In this document: piece by piece, positions 26,440 to 39,389 of the stretch
How positions within the stretch are numbered: the stretch's first letter is position 1
Layout of the letters: every line of letters starts with the position of its first letter
From: Vicugna vicugna
Taxonomy: Eukaryota
Reading direction: 5' to 3'
NCBI GenBank assembly: GCA_013265495.1
Contig: MU058802.1
Location: 4,724-68,723, forward strand
DNA length: 64,000 nt
Notes under the pieces: generated by a model
Seen by the model: the letters and a program-made list of their open reading frames with translations, nothing else
The model's database searches: none
Told to the model about the DNA's origin: nothing
Made by a program: the position numbers and the translations under genes

Positions 26440-26860
26440 AAGTGATTAATAACCAAGAGCATACTATAAATTCATCTTTGTGCTAATGTGAAGAGCACAG
26501 GAAATACAATCCATTGCTTCTCTCCCTGAACAACTTCTATTCCATGTGAGAAGTCAAGAGAACCATAAATCAAACTGAGGTGAACAAAACAAGGGTGTTC
26601 ACTATGTAAAACAATTGTATATTTTTTGCTCATATTAAAATTCAGTTCAATTCAACTCATAAGCATGTGGTGAGCATCCATTACACACAGAGCTATAATA
26701 AATGTGTGAGATTACAAAAAAAAATAAAAAAGAAAGATCGGTCTACACTAATAAGAATCTATTCACCAAAAGCTCAAGATTCAAACAAGATTTGAAATAA
26801 TAAGGGAAGATTTTATGGAGGATGTAAGACTAGAGTCGAGCTCAGATAATGTAAAGAGTT
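26440..26860 (-). mobile_element. L2 3'-end fragments
   Basis: ATTCAGTTCAATTCAAC...AAGCATGTGGTGAGCATCCATTA resembles the reverse of an L2 tail. Confidence 0.45.
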
Positions 26861-27059
26861 TGGATTTTCACAAGCAGCACCAGGTGATTTCTAGTTGGCA
26901 CACAAACATAGCAGATTTGACATTTGAATAGGTAAATTTTTATGCTCCATTGGAAAATGGGAGGTATTAGATTTTATGAAGGCTTTATAAAGGCTATCTT
27001 ATGGTAAATTGGAAAACTGGCAATAAAGATTTTCAAGTTGTGGTAAGATAATTTTGGCA

Positions 27060-27760
27060 CTTTTAAATATTTTTGGAACAGTTTTAGATTAACAGAAAAA
27101 AATCTGAAATGATAATACAGAGTTCATTTATACCTTGCACACAGTTTCCCCATTAATAACATCTAATATCAGTATGGTTCATTAGTTCTAAGTGATGAAC
27201 CAATGTTAAGCCACTATAATTAACTAAACTCTATACTTTATTCAAATTTTCTTAGTTATTACCCCATATTCTTTTTCTGTTCCAAGGTCCCATCCAGGAC
27301 ACTACATGGTATTTAGGTGTTACATCTCCTAAGATTCTTCTTGGCTTGACAGTTTTTTAGATTTTCTCTGTTTTTGATGATGTTGACAGTTTTGAAGAAT
27401 ATGTGTCTAGTAATTTGTTGAATGCTCCTTAGCGGGACTTTGTCTGTTTCCTTCCTTCGTTGACAGACTGGAATTATGGATTTTAGGGAGGAAAACCACA
27501 GAAGTGAAGTGTTTCTTTATCACACCGCATCAAGGGCACATACCACTACTTGATTAATGGATTAATATTGATGCTGATGTTGACCTTACTAGAAATTTAC
27601 TATACACACCCCACACTTAAGGAGTGGGGGTTTATCCTCCCCCTACATACAGGCAGTGTACTACATAAATTATTTGCCATTCTTCTAAAGGAAGGTTTGT
27701 CTCTTCTTCTCCATTGATTTGCTTACTGAGGCATTTCTTTACATCAGCATGGGCTCATGT
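27060..27760 (-). mobile_element. L1MC/MD-type 3' UTR
   Basis: CAGTTTTAGATTAACAGAAAAA...TGAACCAATGTT...TTCTGTTCCAAGGTCCCATCCAGGACAC...GGGAGGAAAACCACAGAAGTGAAGTG. Confidence 0.85.
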
Positions 27761-28929
27761 CTGGAAGATATTTCTGTCCCCTCACTAGATAAAATTTCAG
27801 ACTAAAATGATTACTTTCGTAGAACATCTCAAACATAGATTGATTCAGAATTGAAACTGCTGTAGATATTCCTATTGTTAAAATCTTGCTTCATTCTGCA
27901 AGAATTCTAACCATACTTCTCTGTGGAGTTAAGCAAGCTATCTGTTCTTAAATATTTATTAGTTAGATCTTTTTATTCTTCTGGTTGGTGGTCAACCTTT
28001 GGCATTTACTTGCTATTTCTTAATGCTCAAAAGTATGAACTATATTGAAAAACTACACTTTTGTGAAAAATATCAAACAGACTTTGTTTTTCATGTTAAA
28101 AATGAATTTCAAGAAAAAATACTCTTAGGGTATTATCTGAAGTCTGTACCATTCATTCATTCTTTTAGATAACCTAAAGTTTATAAATTTCTCAAATAGG
28201 ATCATCATCAAAGATATTTGTAAAGTTATTGTCTACTCAGTAATATTTTGGAATTATTCCCTCCACCTGTATTGTGAGGTCACAAATTTTTTTTTCAAAA
28301 ACTCAAATGTATACATGCTATAAATATGCAGTTGAGAGCACAGTGCTGTCAATCACAAAATATCTGCTCTAATCAGACGGATAAGAATAATTTCTATCAC
28401 ATCTTGGTTTCATAAAAGTTATGGTTCTCCTAGAAAAAAAGCCTGTTTTGCACTTATCTAAACACTGTGTCATTTAGCCAATTAAAAGCAAATCTCTTAA
28501 AATTTTTATGCTCACTTAAAAAATATTTTATTTGTATTTATCTTTCATCATAATCATAATCATTATTTTTTTTAAAGTTTGGTAGTAACTTTAAGTCTTT
28601 CTCTGGTGGATGAGTTCTTATTCCAAAGAACAGAGACATGGTCTTTGTACTGTGAAGAAAAATCATTATAATGTATTAATTTTGCTGATAATACTTGGGA
28701 CTGAAATTTTAATTTTAAAAAATAAAAATAATACCAAGAAGAAAACTTCAGTGATTTCATTGAAAATCTTGTGGTGGCAAAAGCTTTTCTAAACAAAATA
28801 AAAACTCAAAATAAGTCAAGAAGAACTGCCAAATTTTACTACATAAGAACAAAGTCAATCTTACAGAAAGACTAACATTAACAAAGTAAAAGCAAAAATC
28901 AATAAATAACTACCTAAAAGAAAATTGTG

Positions 28930-29314
28930 TTTTTTTAATCGAAGTATAGTTGATTTACAATATTGCGCTAATTTCTCATGTACAGTAGTGATTCAGTTAT
29001 ACATATATATTCTTTTCCGTATTCTTTTTATTATAGGGCACTGCAAGGTATTAAACATATTTCCTTCTGCTATGCAGTAGGACCTTGTTGTTCATCTATT
29101 TTTTATGTAGTAGTTAGTAGCTACAAACCCCAAATTCCCAATTTACCCCCCCACCCCCTTCCCCTCTGTAACCACAAGTTTGTTTTCTATGTCTGTGAGT
29201 CTTTCTCTGTTTTGTATATAAGTTTATTTTTGTCCTATTTTTTTTAGATTCCATATAAGTCATATCATATGGTATTTTTCTTTCTTTTTCTGGCTTACTT
29301 CACTTGGTATGATG
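28930..29314 (-). mobile_element. 5'-truncated artiodactyl/camelid L1 with an 8-bp TSD, inserted into an older + strand L1 remnant
   Basis: Poly-T then AATCGAAGTATAGTTGATTTACAATATTG...TCTGGCTTACTTCACTT; TSD AAATTGTG at 28922-28929 and 29315-29322. Confidence 0.9.
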
Positions 29315-30524
29315 AAATTGTGATAGAACATTCCTCAGTTTAAAATAAGATAATAAAAGATGCCATAATATATTTATAGAAAAAGTATATAAATCAGTAG
29401 TGAGAAAAATAATTACAATTGTACAACCTCACTAATGATTAAAAAAAACTAAAAACAACCTTTTTTATTAGAGTGTTAATAATTCAAGGTTTACATTAAT
29501 TAACATTAGATGATTATCCCTACACATATAAACCTTAAAATAGAATGAACCATAATTTCTATACCTATATAACCAAATCTAATATTCTTAAATAAAAATA
29601 CAACTCATACATTACTCTACTAATTATGTTTATTATCTTTAAGTAAACTAAAGAACCTTGGTGAAAATTTGTGTTGTGAAAAACATACAAAGGGTCTGTA
29701 TTATTATTTTATTTTGTTAAGCCTCTTAAAATATTTTATTTTCAAACTTTGATATGTTTTGATAGGAATAAGAATAAGGATGTTGAGATTTCCTATTTGA
29801 CCATTTCGATAAGAAGCTACACTCCCCCAATCAGTAGGTGGTATGAGGTATCTGAAATTTGGTAAGTACTATTATTAGATTGTTCAGTCAGTTACAAGAA
29901 AATTAACCAAAGAAAAACTGAACCCTTCTGGAGACAAATTATGGTCAAAATGCATTTATTCTCCTAAACTCCAGTTATAATCAGCAGCACACCATAGTGC
30001 TATTTCCAGTTTAGGTACTGACATTGATCTAGGGTCAGCGTTCACTTATATTTGAATTCCCTGTGCATTTCTTTTTACTCCGTGTGCAGCTGAATGGCTC
30101 AGAAATACTACAAGGAAGATTTACCATACGTGCTTGGAAATGTCTTGCAAGGTTCCACCTTACTTGCACCTGGCCTTCAATTACTTCAAAGTTCGCTGTT
30201 ACTGATTCAGAACTAAAAATTGTATAAGACATCATGATTTTTTATGTATCACGTTGGCTTAGTCTCTATTTAAGTCTCTTATCACGTAAGCCTGGTCTCT
30301 ATTTAACAGAATCAAATTAGTTTGATTACATTTATCTCATGAGGCCTTAACAAACTCTCCTTCTATTTTAGTCATGAAGAATTAGCTGCTATCAAATTCT
30401 CTGCAGCTTAAACAATTCTAATTCCCAGTTAGATTGTCAATTACCACTAGTGTTTCTACTTTACCTTTGAAGGTTAACTCCAGCCAATTGAATTGTGTTA
30501 GCAGGTTTTCTCATCTTCTCCACA

Positions 30525-30636
30525 GAAACTAGCAAATACTATAAAAATCAGGATAACAGTTACATTTGGTGGGAGGGAAATGTAGTTGGGATGGGACATA
30601 AGAGGGACTTCTGAGGTGCTTGGTAAAGCTCTCTTT
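30525..30636 (+). mobile_element. L1ME-type 3' UTR fragment cut off by a younger L1
   Basis: AAATCAGGATAACAGTTACATTTGGTGGGAGG...GGGACATAAGAGGGACTTCTGAGGTGCTTGGTAAAG. Confidence 0.65.
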
Positions 30637-32695
30637 CTTTTTTCATTGAAATATAGTTGACCTACAATTATTGTATGTTAGTTTCAGGAGTACCGCATAG
30701 TGTTTTGACATTTGCATACATTATGAAATGATCGCCACATCAGTCTAATAACCATCTGTCCCTGTACAAAGTTATTACTGTATTATTGACTATATTCCTT
30801 ATGCTGTATGTATTTCCCTGTGGCTTTTTTATTTCATAACTGGAGATCTGTACCTCTTAATCCCCTTCACCTGTTTTGCCCTCTGGCAACCACCATTTGT
30901 TCTTTGTATCTATAAGTCTATTTTAGTTTAGTTTGTTTGATTTTTGGATTTGTTTTTTAGATTCCACATATAAGTGAGATCATATCATACTTGCCTTTTT
31001 TTCTCTGACTTATTTCAATGAGCATAATATCCTGTAGATCCATTATATCTATATCTTTCCATTTGTTTGTGTCATCTTCAGTTTATCTCATCAGTGTCTT
31101 ACAGTTGTCAGAGTGTAAGATTTTTATCTCTCTGGTTAGATTTATTCCTAGGTATTTTGTTCTTTCTGATGTGATTGTAAATGGGATTGTTTTTTAATTC
31201 TCTTTCTGATAGTTCATTGTTATGTATATTGTGCAACTTTACTGGACCTTGCATCTTTACTAAACCCATTGGTGAGCCCTAAATATTTTTGTCTTTAGAA
31301 TTTTCTATATGTAGTACCATGTCATCTGCAAACAATGAAAGTATTTCTTCCTTTTCTTTTTGAATTTTTAAAATTTATTTTTGTCTCTATTTCATTTATT
31401 TCTTCTCTGATCTTTATTATTTCTTTCTTTCTATTAACTTTGGGTTTTATTTGTTTATCTTTTTCTAATTCCTTTAGGTGTAAGTTTAGGTTGTTCGAGA
31501 TTTTTTTTTGTTTTCTGAGATAAGCTTGTGTTACTATGAACTTTCTTCTTAAAACTGCTTTTGATGTGTCCCATAACTTTTGGATAGCTGTGTTTCCATT
31601 CTCATTGGTCCCCAGGTATTTTTTGATTTCTTTGATTTCTTCGGTGACTCATTGGTTCTTCAGTAAAATATTTTTCAGCTTCCGTGCTTCTGTTTTTTGC
31701 AGTTTTTTCTAATCATAGCACTGTGGTCAGGAAAAAAAACTTGGTATGATTTCAATCTTCTTAAATTTACCGAGACAGCTTATGATCTATCTTGGAGAAC
31801 GTTCCATGTGCACTTGAAAAGAATGTGTATTCTGCTGTTTGGGATGACATGTTCTTTGTGTATCTATTTAAGTCCATCTAACCTAATGTGCCATTTAATG
31901 CCAGTGTTTCCTTACTGATATTCTGTCTGAATGATTTGTCCATTGATGTAAGTAGGATGTTAGGTCCCTTATTACTATGGTGTGACTGTCAATTTCTCCC
32001 TTTATATTTGTTAATATTTGCTTTATGCCTGTAGGTGCTCCTATGTTGGGTGCATTTATATTGGTTATGTTTCCTGATATTGGGAGATGGCTTCTGGGGC
32101 CCAGTAGCATGCTCTCTCTGGTCATCAGAGCCATATGCTCTAGAGCTTCCCCCTAGGTGAACTGCATGCACCCTTCTCTTGTGGCAGGGCTGACTACTGA
32201 GAGTGTGTGGGAAGGCAGGGCTGGCCTGATTGGCTGCAAGTTCTCCCCTCATGTACGCGGTGGCTGTGGGCTTACTGGAGGGCAGTGGGCCCCCCACAAG
32301 GTTGGCTATGCAGCCTGGGGTGCAGTGTTGCGGCTGGCCCACTGATAGGAAGGGCTGTATCTCCACATGGCTGTCTGTTTAACCTAGGTGGGGTATCGGG
32401 CTAGGGCCAGCCAGTTGGTGGATGGGTAAGTCCCCAGCACTAACAGGCTTGAGGGAGAATTCCAAAAGGGTGCCTGCCAGCACTAGTGTTATCACAGTAG
32501 AAAGAGCTCCCCCAAAGCCTGCCTCCAGCACCCATGTTCCTACGGGGAATCGCAGTTGCCTCCTGCCTCTCTGGAAGGCTCTCCAAGATCAGCAAGTGGG
32601 TTTGACCCAGGTTCTTTTCAAACTATTGCCTCTGTGCTGGATCTTGGAGCATGTGAGATTTTGTGAGTGCCCTTTAAGAGTGAAGTCTTTGTTTC
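30637..32695 (-). mobile_element. Laurasiatherian-type L1 condensed by multiple internal deletions (5' UTR, EN/linker, RT piece, 3' UTR)
   Basis: 3' UTR 30637-31043; RT-region piece about 31045-31345; EN/linker about 31360-32075 (NITNINAPNIGAPTGIKQILTNIKGEIDSHTIVIRD); GC-rich 5' UTR about 32076-32695. Confidence 0.85.
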
Positions 32696-33025
32696 ACTCA
32701 AGAATGGAGTGAACAACAAGCAGCTGTAGGAGGCAGGCTTTGTAGTTTCAAGAGCATGAGATGTCTTATGGTTCCCTGGGGAAAGTGTGACTGACATGGT
32801 TAATCAATGGGCTGACAGGAAACAAAAACTCTCTACTCAGGGATAAGCAGGAATTTTACCTGTCCTTTCAACAAGGAGAGTTGTTTGGTTAGAAGACCTT
32901 ATCCACTGGAGCCAAGTGGCAAGGAGAAATGGCGCTTAGGCCATTTGAGGCCCTGCTGATATTACTTGATACCAGGGCAGTACATATATAAACTTATACC
33001 TTAATTACAGGTTTTATATATCACA
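32694..33025 (-). mobile_element. ERVL-class LTR (MER73/MER54/MER74 group), missing its 3' end
   Basis: Reverse strand starts TGTGATATATAAAACCTGTAATTAAGG and contains GGGCCTCAAATGGCCTAA, CCTGCTTATCCCTGAGTAG and ACTACAAAGCCTGCCTCC. Confidence 0.6.
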
Positions 33026-33657
33026 ATAAAGCCTCTGTGAATGTTTAGGTCTTAAAAAGAAGGTTGGTAGAGACGAGAAATGAGGGCAGTTTTCTTTCTC
33101 TTGAAAAGCAGTTGTTTCAGGCTCCATCATTACAAATCCTCAGACAAGACAGGGACACCTGCCTCTGACAGGGATGGGGGGCTTGTTCGGCTGGGAAAGG
33201 GGTCTCAATATGGTTTAGGAATCGGGGTGCTCTTCATATTTCAAATCTGCCCCAAAGTTTCTGTTCTAATTCTCATGTTTCATTGTTTTTGGATGAATTT
33301 TCTGACTTTCATATGAGGGAACTAGTAAGGTGTTAAGTTTACTTAATATAATAATTTGATAACCTACAGAGTCAGATTATAAATTTTATTTTGACTATTT
33401 TAGCTACATGATATGAGACAAAAGTGATTCCTTGGGGGCTTTTATTTAAATACTGATTTTTCTTGAGCTGAGAATTTAAAACTTCTGGCATATGATTTAC
33501 ATTTTTTAAGCTCTCATTGCAGTCATAAAAATCAGCTCACCCCCCCATCCCTTCTATTTTTCATACTTTATATTGTTTTATGACAACAACTATTTGGATA
33601 ACTAAGGTCTTAGTTTCAAAATGGACTTCACTCTCAACAACTACAGGTAATCATTTC

Positions 33658-33678
33658 TATATATATATATATATATAT
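33658..33678. repeat. (TA)n microsatellite, about 10 units
   Basis: Directly visible. Confidence 0.9.
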
Positions 33679-34454
33679 CTCACCATAGTTACATTTATCC
33701 ATATAATTATTTATTTAAACTCAACCAGATGAGTTTACCATTCATATTCTTATTTTCATTATGATGTGTTTCTTAAAATAATTTTATTTACAAATTATTA
33801 TGTCAGTTACGATTCTGACTTGCAGACCATTCAAGACATTTTGATCTCCTACACAGAAAAATCTATTAATGTGTATTTGCTCACAGAATCATTAGCGGTA
33901 GAGAAAAGACTCATGGAAAATAATAAACTTTAATAAACAACATTCATAACCACACCACAAACCTATTTGAAAGATAACATTGCCATTCTCACTCATAGTC
34001 CTATAATTTGGCTTTAATAAAACCTCTACAGATACCAGAAAACTTGATGTTTCTACAATCTTTATTAATGGCTTTGGATGTCAGACTCCTCAAAGCATCT
34101 CTCCAGTACACAGATGCCCTAGGCAGGATCCTTTTCCTCTAAGAGCTCCCATGTGAACCAAGGTGTAGGGAGATCTGACTAGTAGGACTTATAGACATAT
34201 AAGGTTCCTCCCATATAGACAAGGGACTTCATAAAACACTATTTATTGGATACTACATTTTAAAGTTAGGCATAAAAATTCAAAATTTAAAAACATAGGA
34301 TGAATTACAAAAGATGTTAAATACTGTGAACAACAAACATTCATTACAGGAATTAATTCCATTACAATAGGGAGTCCTTACAATCAGATGTTAAGACCCT
34401 TTTGTGGAGATCTGTATTATATTAAAGCATATTTTCTTTGAGATCGGTGAGTAT

Positions 34455-34496
34455 GAGAGAGAGAGAGAGACAAAGAGAGAGAGAGAGTGTGTATGT
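34455..34496. repeat. Imperfect (GA)n/(GT)n microsatellite
   Basis: GAGAGAGAGAGAGAGACAAAGAGAGAGAGAGAGTGTGT. Confidence 0.85.
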
Positions 34497-36093
34497 GGCT
34501 AAGGTCATTTTGTCTATTTGTGTATATTTTTGTGTGTGTCTTTCATACTATTTATCTTCAGGACTACTGGCAGAATAAAATGACCCGAGTACAGCTCTAC
34601 ATGTTTAAATAGTGAACATATCTGGGATCCAGCAATCCATGACTGCTTAATCAGACTTTGAGAACCTTTTGGAGGGCCGTAAGGAAAATTCTAAAACAAA
34701 TAACTAAGGGAAATGTACTGTGAGATGAAGGAATTAAAATACATAAGCAAGTTGAGAGGAGAGTGGTCTCTATGTTGGATGCAGTTTGCTGAGATCAAAA
34801 GAAAAAGGTAATTTCAGATAGTTTGCAGGCAAATCTGAAGACAAAATACAAGGTTTATAATGGAGGGATTCGAGAGAGTGATGGTCTGGCTTTGATAGTT
34901 CAACTTACTTATATTATAAAAGAAATGGTATCTAACATATAATGGTATCTAACATGGTAATTTCATAGTTCCCCCAACTTCAGTGACGTCTAAAGTACAA
35001 TCTTCCTTGTGTGCTATATAGAAAAATGGGAAGGAGTAGCAAAGGGATGTAAACCCTGCCCAATATTAATTTTTCTGCTCACATCCATTGAGATGGATCA
35101 GCATTTTATCAAGGGCGCTCTGTCCAGTATATCCAGAAGATGAATAGCTGTAGAGTGAGTGAGCATCTATCCATGTCAGCATTGGGATAGCAGTGAAAAG
35201 AACAACACAACACAGAGAAAGTAACAGGATAATATATGAGGATGTGAAACTGACACTTAGCCCCGCCTCCGTTTTGAATAATCATATATATTATATCTCC
35301 CAGATAGGAAGGAAAAAGAAGCACTTTGCTCACTTAGAGAAATAAACAATAACAAAAAAACTGGGTCAAAATATGTATGCCTGACATCTAAAATAAACAG
35401 AATTTTGAACAAATTTGTGACAAAATATTAACTCATTTTGCAATGCTGATGTCATTAATATCATGCACAATTATGAAAGAAAATTACCATTTTCCACCAA
35501 TGAATAAGCAAAATAGAAATTCAGTGAATTTGATATTCTTTTCTTTTCGCAAGCCAGTACTGAGGCTCAGCCTCCTTTGTAATTCATTGTATTCTTCTCA
35601 TTTGTCTATCTTCCCTTGGCAATCTCTGAAGGAAAGCTAGGCAACTTCTTTCCTTTTCTTTCTCATCATTCGATATGGAAAATTAATTTAAAATAAAAGA
35701 GGAGAGTGGAAAAAAAGATTGACCTGATGCTTATATTGTGAGGAATTTACTCAGAATTATTTGTAATTTAAACTAAACAATTATCCAAAAATAGAGCCAT
35801 AATTGTTTATCACGGTGTCTAAATGTTTATCTAAACAGGTTCAAAGGAAAGGTAAATGATGCCATGAATAGTCTGAAATCAACAAAGTAGAAAAATGTGG
35901 TCAGCACCCGTAAAAATGAAGTCTACATGACCATGACTAAGCAAAGGCACAAGCCACTGGTTTAGCGTGGTTGTCCTAGACATGTCTGGATGTACACAGT
36001 GCTTCGTGAGCTCAACAGGTTAGTGCTTCCCTCAGCTCCACGCAACTTAGATTTTAAATATATGTTTTTCTGTGTATTAAGACTACATATATA

Positions 36094-36309
36094 CAGATAG
36101 CCCTTGAACAACACAACAAAGGTTTGAACTGCACAGGTCTGCTTACAAGCAGATTTTTTTCAATAAATACTACAGTAATCTACAATCTGCAGTTGGCTGA
36201 ATCTGTGGATGTGGAACCTGGAATAACGAGGGCCAAGTGTAAAGTTATCAGCAGATTTTCAACTGCCTGGGGGTCAGGATCCAACCCTTGTATGTCCAAG
36301 GGTCAACTG
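36094..36309. mobile_element. Complete Tigger2-derived MITE (MER8/Tigger2a-like) with TIRs and TA TSD
   Basis: TA|CAGATAGCCCTTGAACA...TGTCCAAGGGTCAACTG|TA; the termini are imperfect reverse complements. Confidence 0.88.
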
Positions 36310-37723
36310 TACATCATTTCAAAATAGTATCACATTCACGCAATTTAGATTGAAGTTATGATAAGGCAGTTAGGTAAACCCATCAGACTATAATAATCAT
36401 TCAGCATAATCTTTTATTTTTATAATGCCTACGAAAAGCAAGTATCCCCAGGAGCAGTAGAAATTTTTTTAAAAATCTGAATGAACAACAATCTTTAGTT
36501 TTTGTGTAATAAGGACTAAGTTTCCAAAGTAAACAGAACAAATAACAGTAACAACAAAAAAGCCTTTGAGACATAACGTTTTCTAGTTGAAACCAACATG
36601 ATTCAAAAAAACATTCAACAGAAAGGTAAGGTTGCAGGGATGACATTTTTCTGTAGACACCCTGAAAGATATGGGGATTCTAGTCCTTTTAATCACCAAA
36701 AGAAAAAAGAAAATCCTCTAGAATTAATAGCTTGGAGATCATTCTAGTTGGAACAGGAAGTTAATATAAATCTGCCAAGATAGGACTAATATGTTGTTTC
36801 TTCACAGTGAAAGTTAAATTACGATCCAACAAGTTCTAGACATGCTATAATCTGGAGATAGTCTTATCAAAAAAGCCATAAAACTAAGTAATACAGTAAT
36901 CGGTTGCTATAGCGACTGTGATGCAAAATAAATGAAACCTTCAAAAAAGCAAACTTGCAAACTATACAAAACATGCAAAGGTATGGCATAATTCACAAGC
37001 CATTAAACTGATATAAATCTAAAAAATTTTGTTGAAATGTGAATGCTTGCACTCTTCTTTTGAAAGTGTCAGGTATTTAAAAGCTTAGAGGTACATGTTA
37101 AAAATGCCACGTTAAAGAAGTTTCTTGTTTGCAAAATGGAGGACTCCATTCAAGAGTATAACAAAAGATGACATTTATGTGCAGGTGAGCTATGAATCTG
37201 AATATTAAATATTGGTGTTTATAATGTTAAACCATCTAAGCACACATAATTTTAAAAAATCAGATCTTCCTAAAATAGTATTTTTTCTTTTCCTCTCACT
37301 TTCTTCTACTCTTCTCTCTGCTTCCTTCTCTGTCTCCTTATCCTTGTCCTCTTCATACTTACTTAGAATTCAACATTTTCAAAATATTTTTAATAGTATG
37401 TTTCACTACTATTAAACAGGTAGAATAATTTTGCCAGTGTTTTCAAGTGGAGGAATATGAACTCTAATAATATTTTAGTTTGATAGAAAACTTATTTTCA
37501 ATAAGTCTCCCATATTTTTCTACAGAGACATAAAGATAAGTATCTTACTGTCTTACTATATTTCTTTGCTAGTAACTCAGTGTTCCCGTGACAAGTATAT
37601 AATGGACTGACTGCATGATAGAAGAATTAGTTTATTCATGAGTGAATAATTAATAATTTCAGAGACTATCAAAGTCTAAAAAAGATCAAAACATCTGTTG
37701 AGCACATTCAATATGATCCAGCA

Positions 37724-38321
37724 TTCAATTCTTTTGGATAAATACCCAGAAGTGGGACTGCTGGATTATAATAAGGTAGTTCTATTTTTCAATTTTTGAG
37801 GAACCTCCAGACTGTTTTCTGTAGAGGCTGCAGCAATTTGAATTCCCACCAACATTTTGCAAGTGTTTCAGTTCTCTACATCTTTGCCAACACTTACTGC
37901 TTTTTTTTTTTAAATAATAGCCATCCTGATAGGTATGAGATAATATCTCATCGTGGTTTTGATTTACATTCCCCTGACAATTGGTGACATTTAGCCATTT
38001 TCCATATACCTGTAGGTTATTTGTATGTCTTTTTCAGAGAAATGACTCTTCGTGTCCTTAGCCCATTTTTTTCAATCAGGTTATTTGTTTTTTAAGGTAT
38101 TGAGTTGTAGAAGTTCCTTTTATATTTTGGAGATTATCCTCTTATAGATATATATTTCACAAATATTTTTTTCCATTCCATTGGTTGTATTTTTGCTCTG
38201 TTATTTGTTTCCTTTGCTGTGAAAAAGCTTTTTGTTTAGTGTGTTCTCACTTTTTTATTTTTGTTTTTGTTGTCCTTGCTTTTGGTGTAATGTTTATTAA
38301 ATCATTGCTGAGACCAATGTC
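37724..38321 (-). mobile_element. Inverted 5' segment of an L1MA9/10-like element
   Basis: TTCAATTCTTTTGGATAAATACCCAGAAGTGGG...TTTGAGGAACCTCCA...TCATTGCTGAGACCAATGTC (ORF2 antisense). Confidence 0.88.
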
Positions 38322-38838
38322 CGAAAGAATTGATATCAGAATCTCAGATATTAGCACCCCCATGTTCACTGCAACACTCTTCACAACAGCCAAGATGTGG
38401 AAACATCCTAAATGTTCATCAACAGATGAGTGGATACCGAGAATGTGGTATAAACACACAATGCAATACAATTTTGCCTTAAAATAAAGAACATTCTGCA
38501 ACATATGACACTAGAGGTGAATCTTGAGGACATTGGGCTATGCGGAATAAGCCACTCACAGAAAGACAAGTAAGTGCATGATTCCACTTACATGAGTTCT
38601 CTAAACTAGTTACATTCATAGAATCAAAGAGTGGAATGCTGGTTGCCAGGGACTGGAGGAAGGGAGAAGTGCAGAGTTACTAATCACCAGACATAAAGTT
38701 TCAGTTACACAAGGTGAATAAGCTGTGGAGATTCGCTGCACATTTTACATGTAGTCAGCACAATGTATTGAACACTTAAAATTTTGATGAGGGCAGATAC
38801 CATATTAAATGTTCTTTCCACAATAAAATAAAATAAGT
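38322..38838 (+). mobile_element. Non-inverted 3' segment and tail of the same L1MA9/10-like element
   Basis: ISTPMFTATLFTTAKMWKHPKCSSTDEWI (ORF2 C-terminus), then 3' UTR ending CCACAATAAAATAAAATAA. Confidence 0.88.
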
Positions 38839-39389
38839 AAATGAAAGTACGTAATTCAGCGTTTTACCTAGCTAGTCTGACTCTAGGAAGCCAAATTTCA
38901 TTTAAGCTAAGTAACTAACATGGCAGCATGTTTTGACATTTTATTTTCACTGTGACCCAAAGTAATGAGAAATCTCAGAGATAAAATCATAATTTAAGCA
39001 GCTTTTTGTTTTATATGTACAGAATATTGGACAATTAATACACTTCTGGAGAAACCAACAAAACAAATAAACAGACAAAAAACCCAGACAATTTTAGTTG
39101 GTGTATGTGCCATCTACATCGTGCCTAAAACAATACTCCCCTCCTGAGTCAGTACTAACCTCTTCGAGAACTAGGAAGGAAAGACTTGTTAAAATCAAGT
39201 GTGAGGTTAAAATGAGAGACAACTTGAGAGACGGAGACAGAGAGAGATTGACTGATAAAACCAGTCATATAATTTTTTTTCATTATATGCAATTATTTAT
39301 GGATTCATTTGCTTCTTCCTCATTCTGTTCATATAAACTTACAAGTGTGAAGTATTTTGTGTCAAACCCATCTAGGAGTCTTCATAAAA

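Noticed and set aside
29832..29845. CTCF-like TCAGTAGGTGGTA (similarly CCAGCAGGGGATG on the minus strand near 56710)
   Set aside because: Each has two mismatches at informative positions.
30035..30235. Minus-strand ORF or 49-nt micro-exon (SESVTANFEVIEGQVQ, 30212-30164)
   Set aside because: Short pyrimidine tract, unrecognised peptide, and no supporting partner exon.
31989..32712. Cluster of overlapping ORFs in a GC-rich patch, possible gene or promoter island
   Set aside because: This is the L1 5' UTR fused to an ORF2 fragment; higher GC lengthens chance ORFs and CpGs are depleted.
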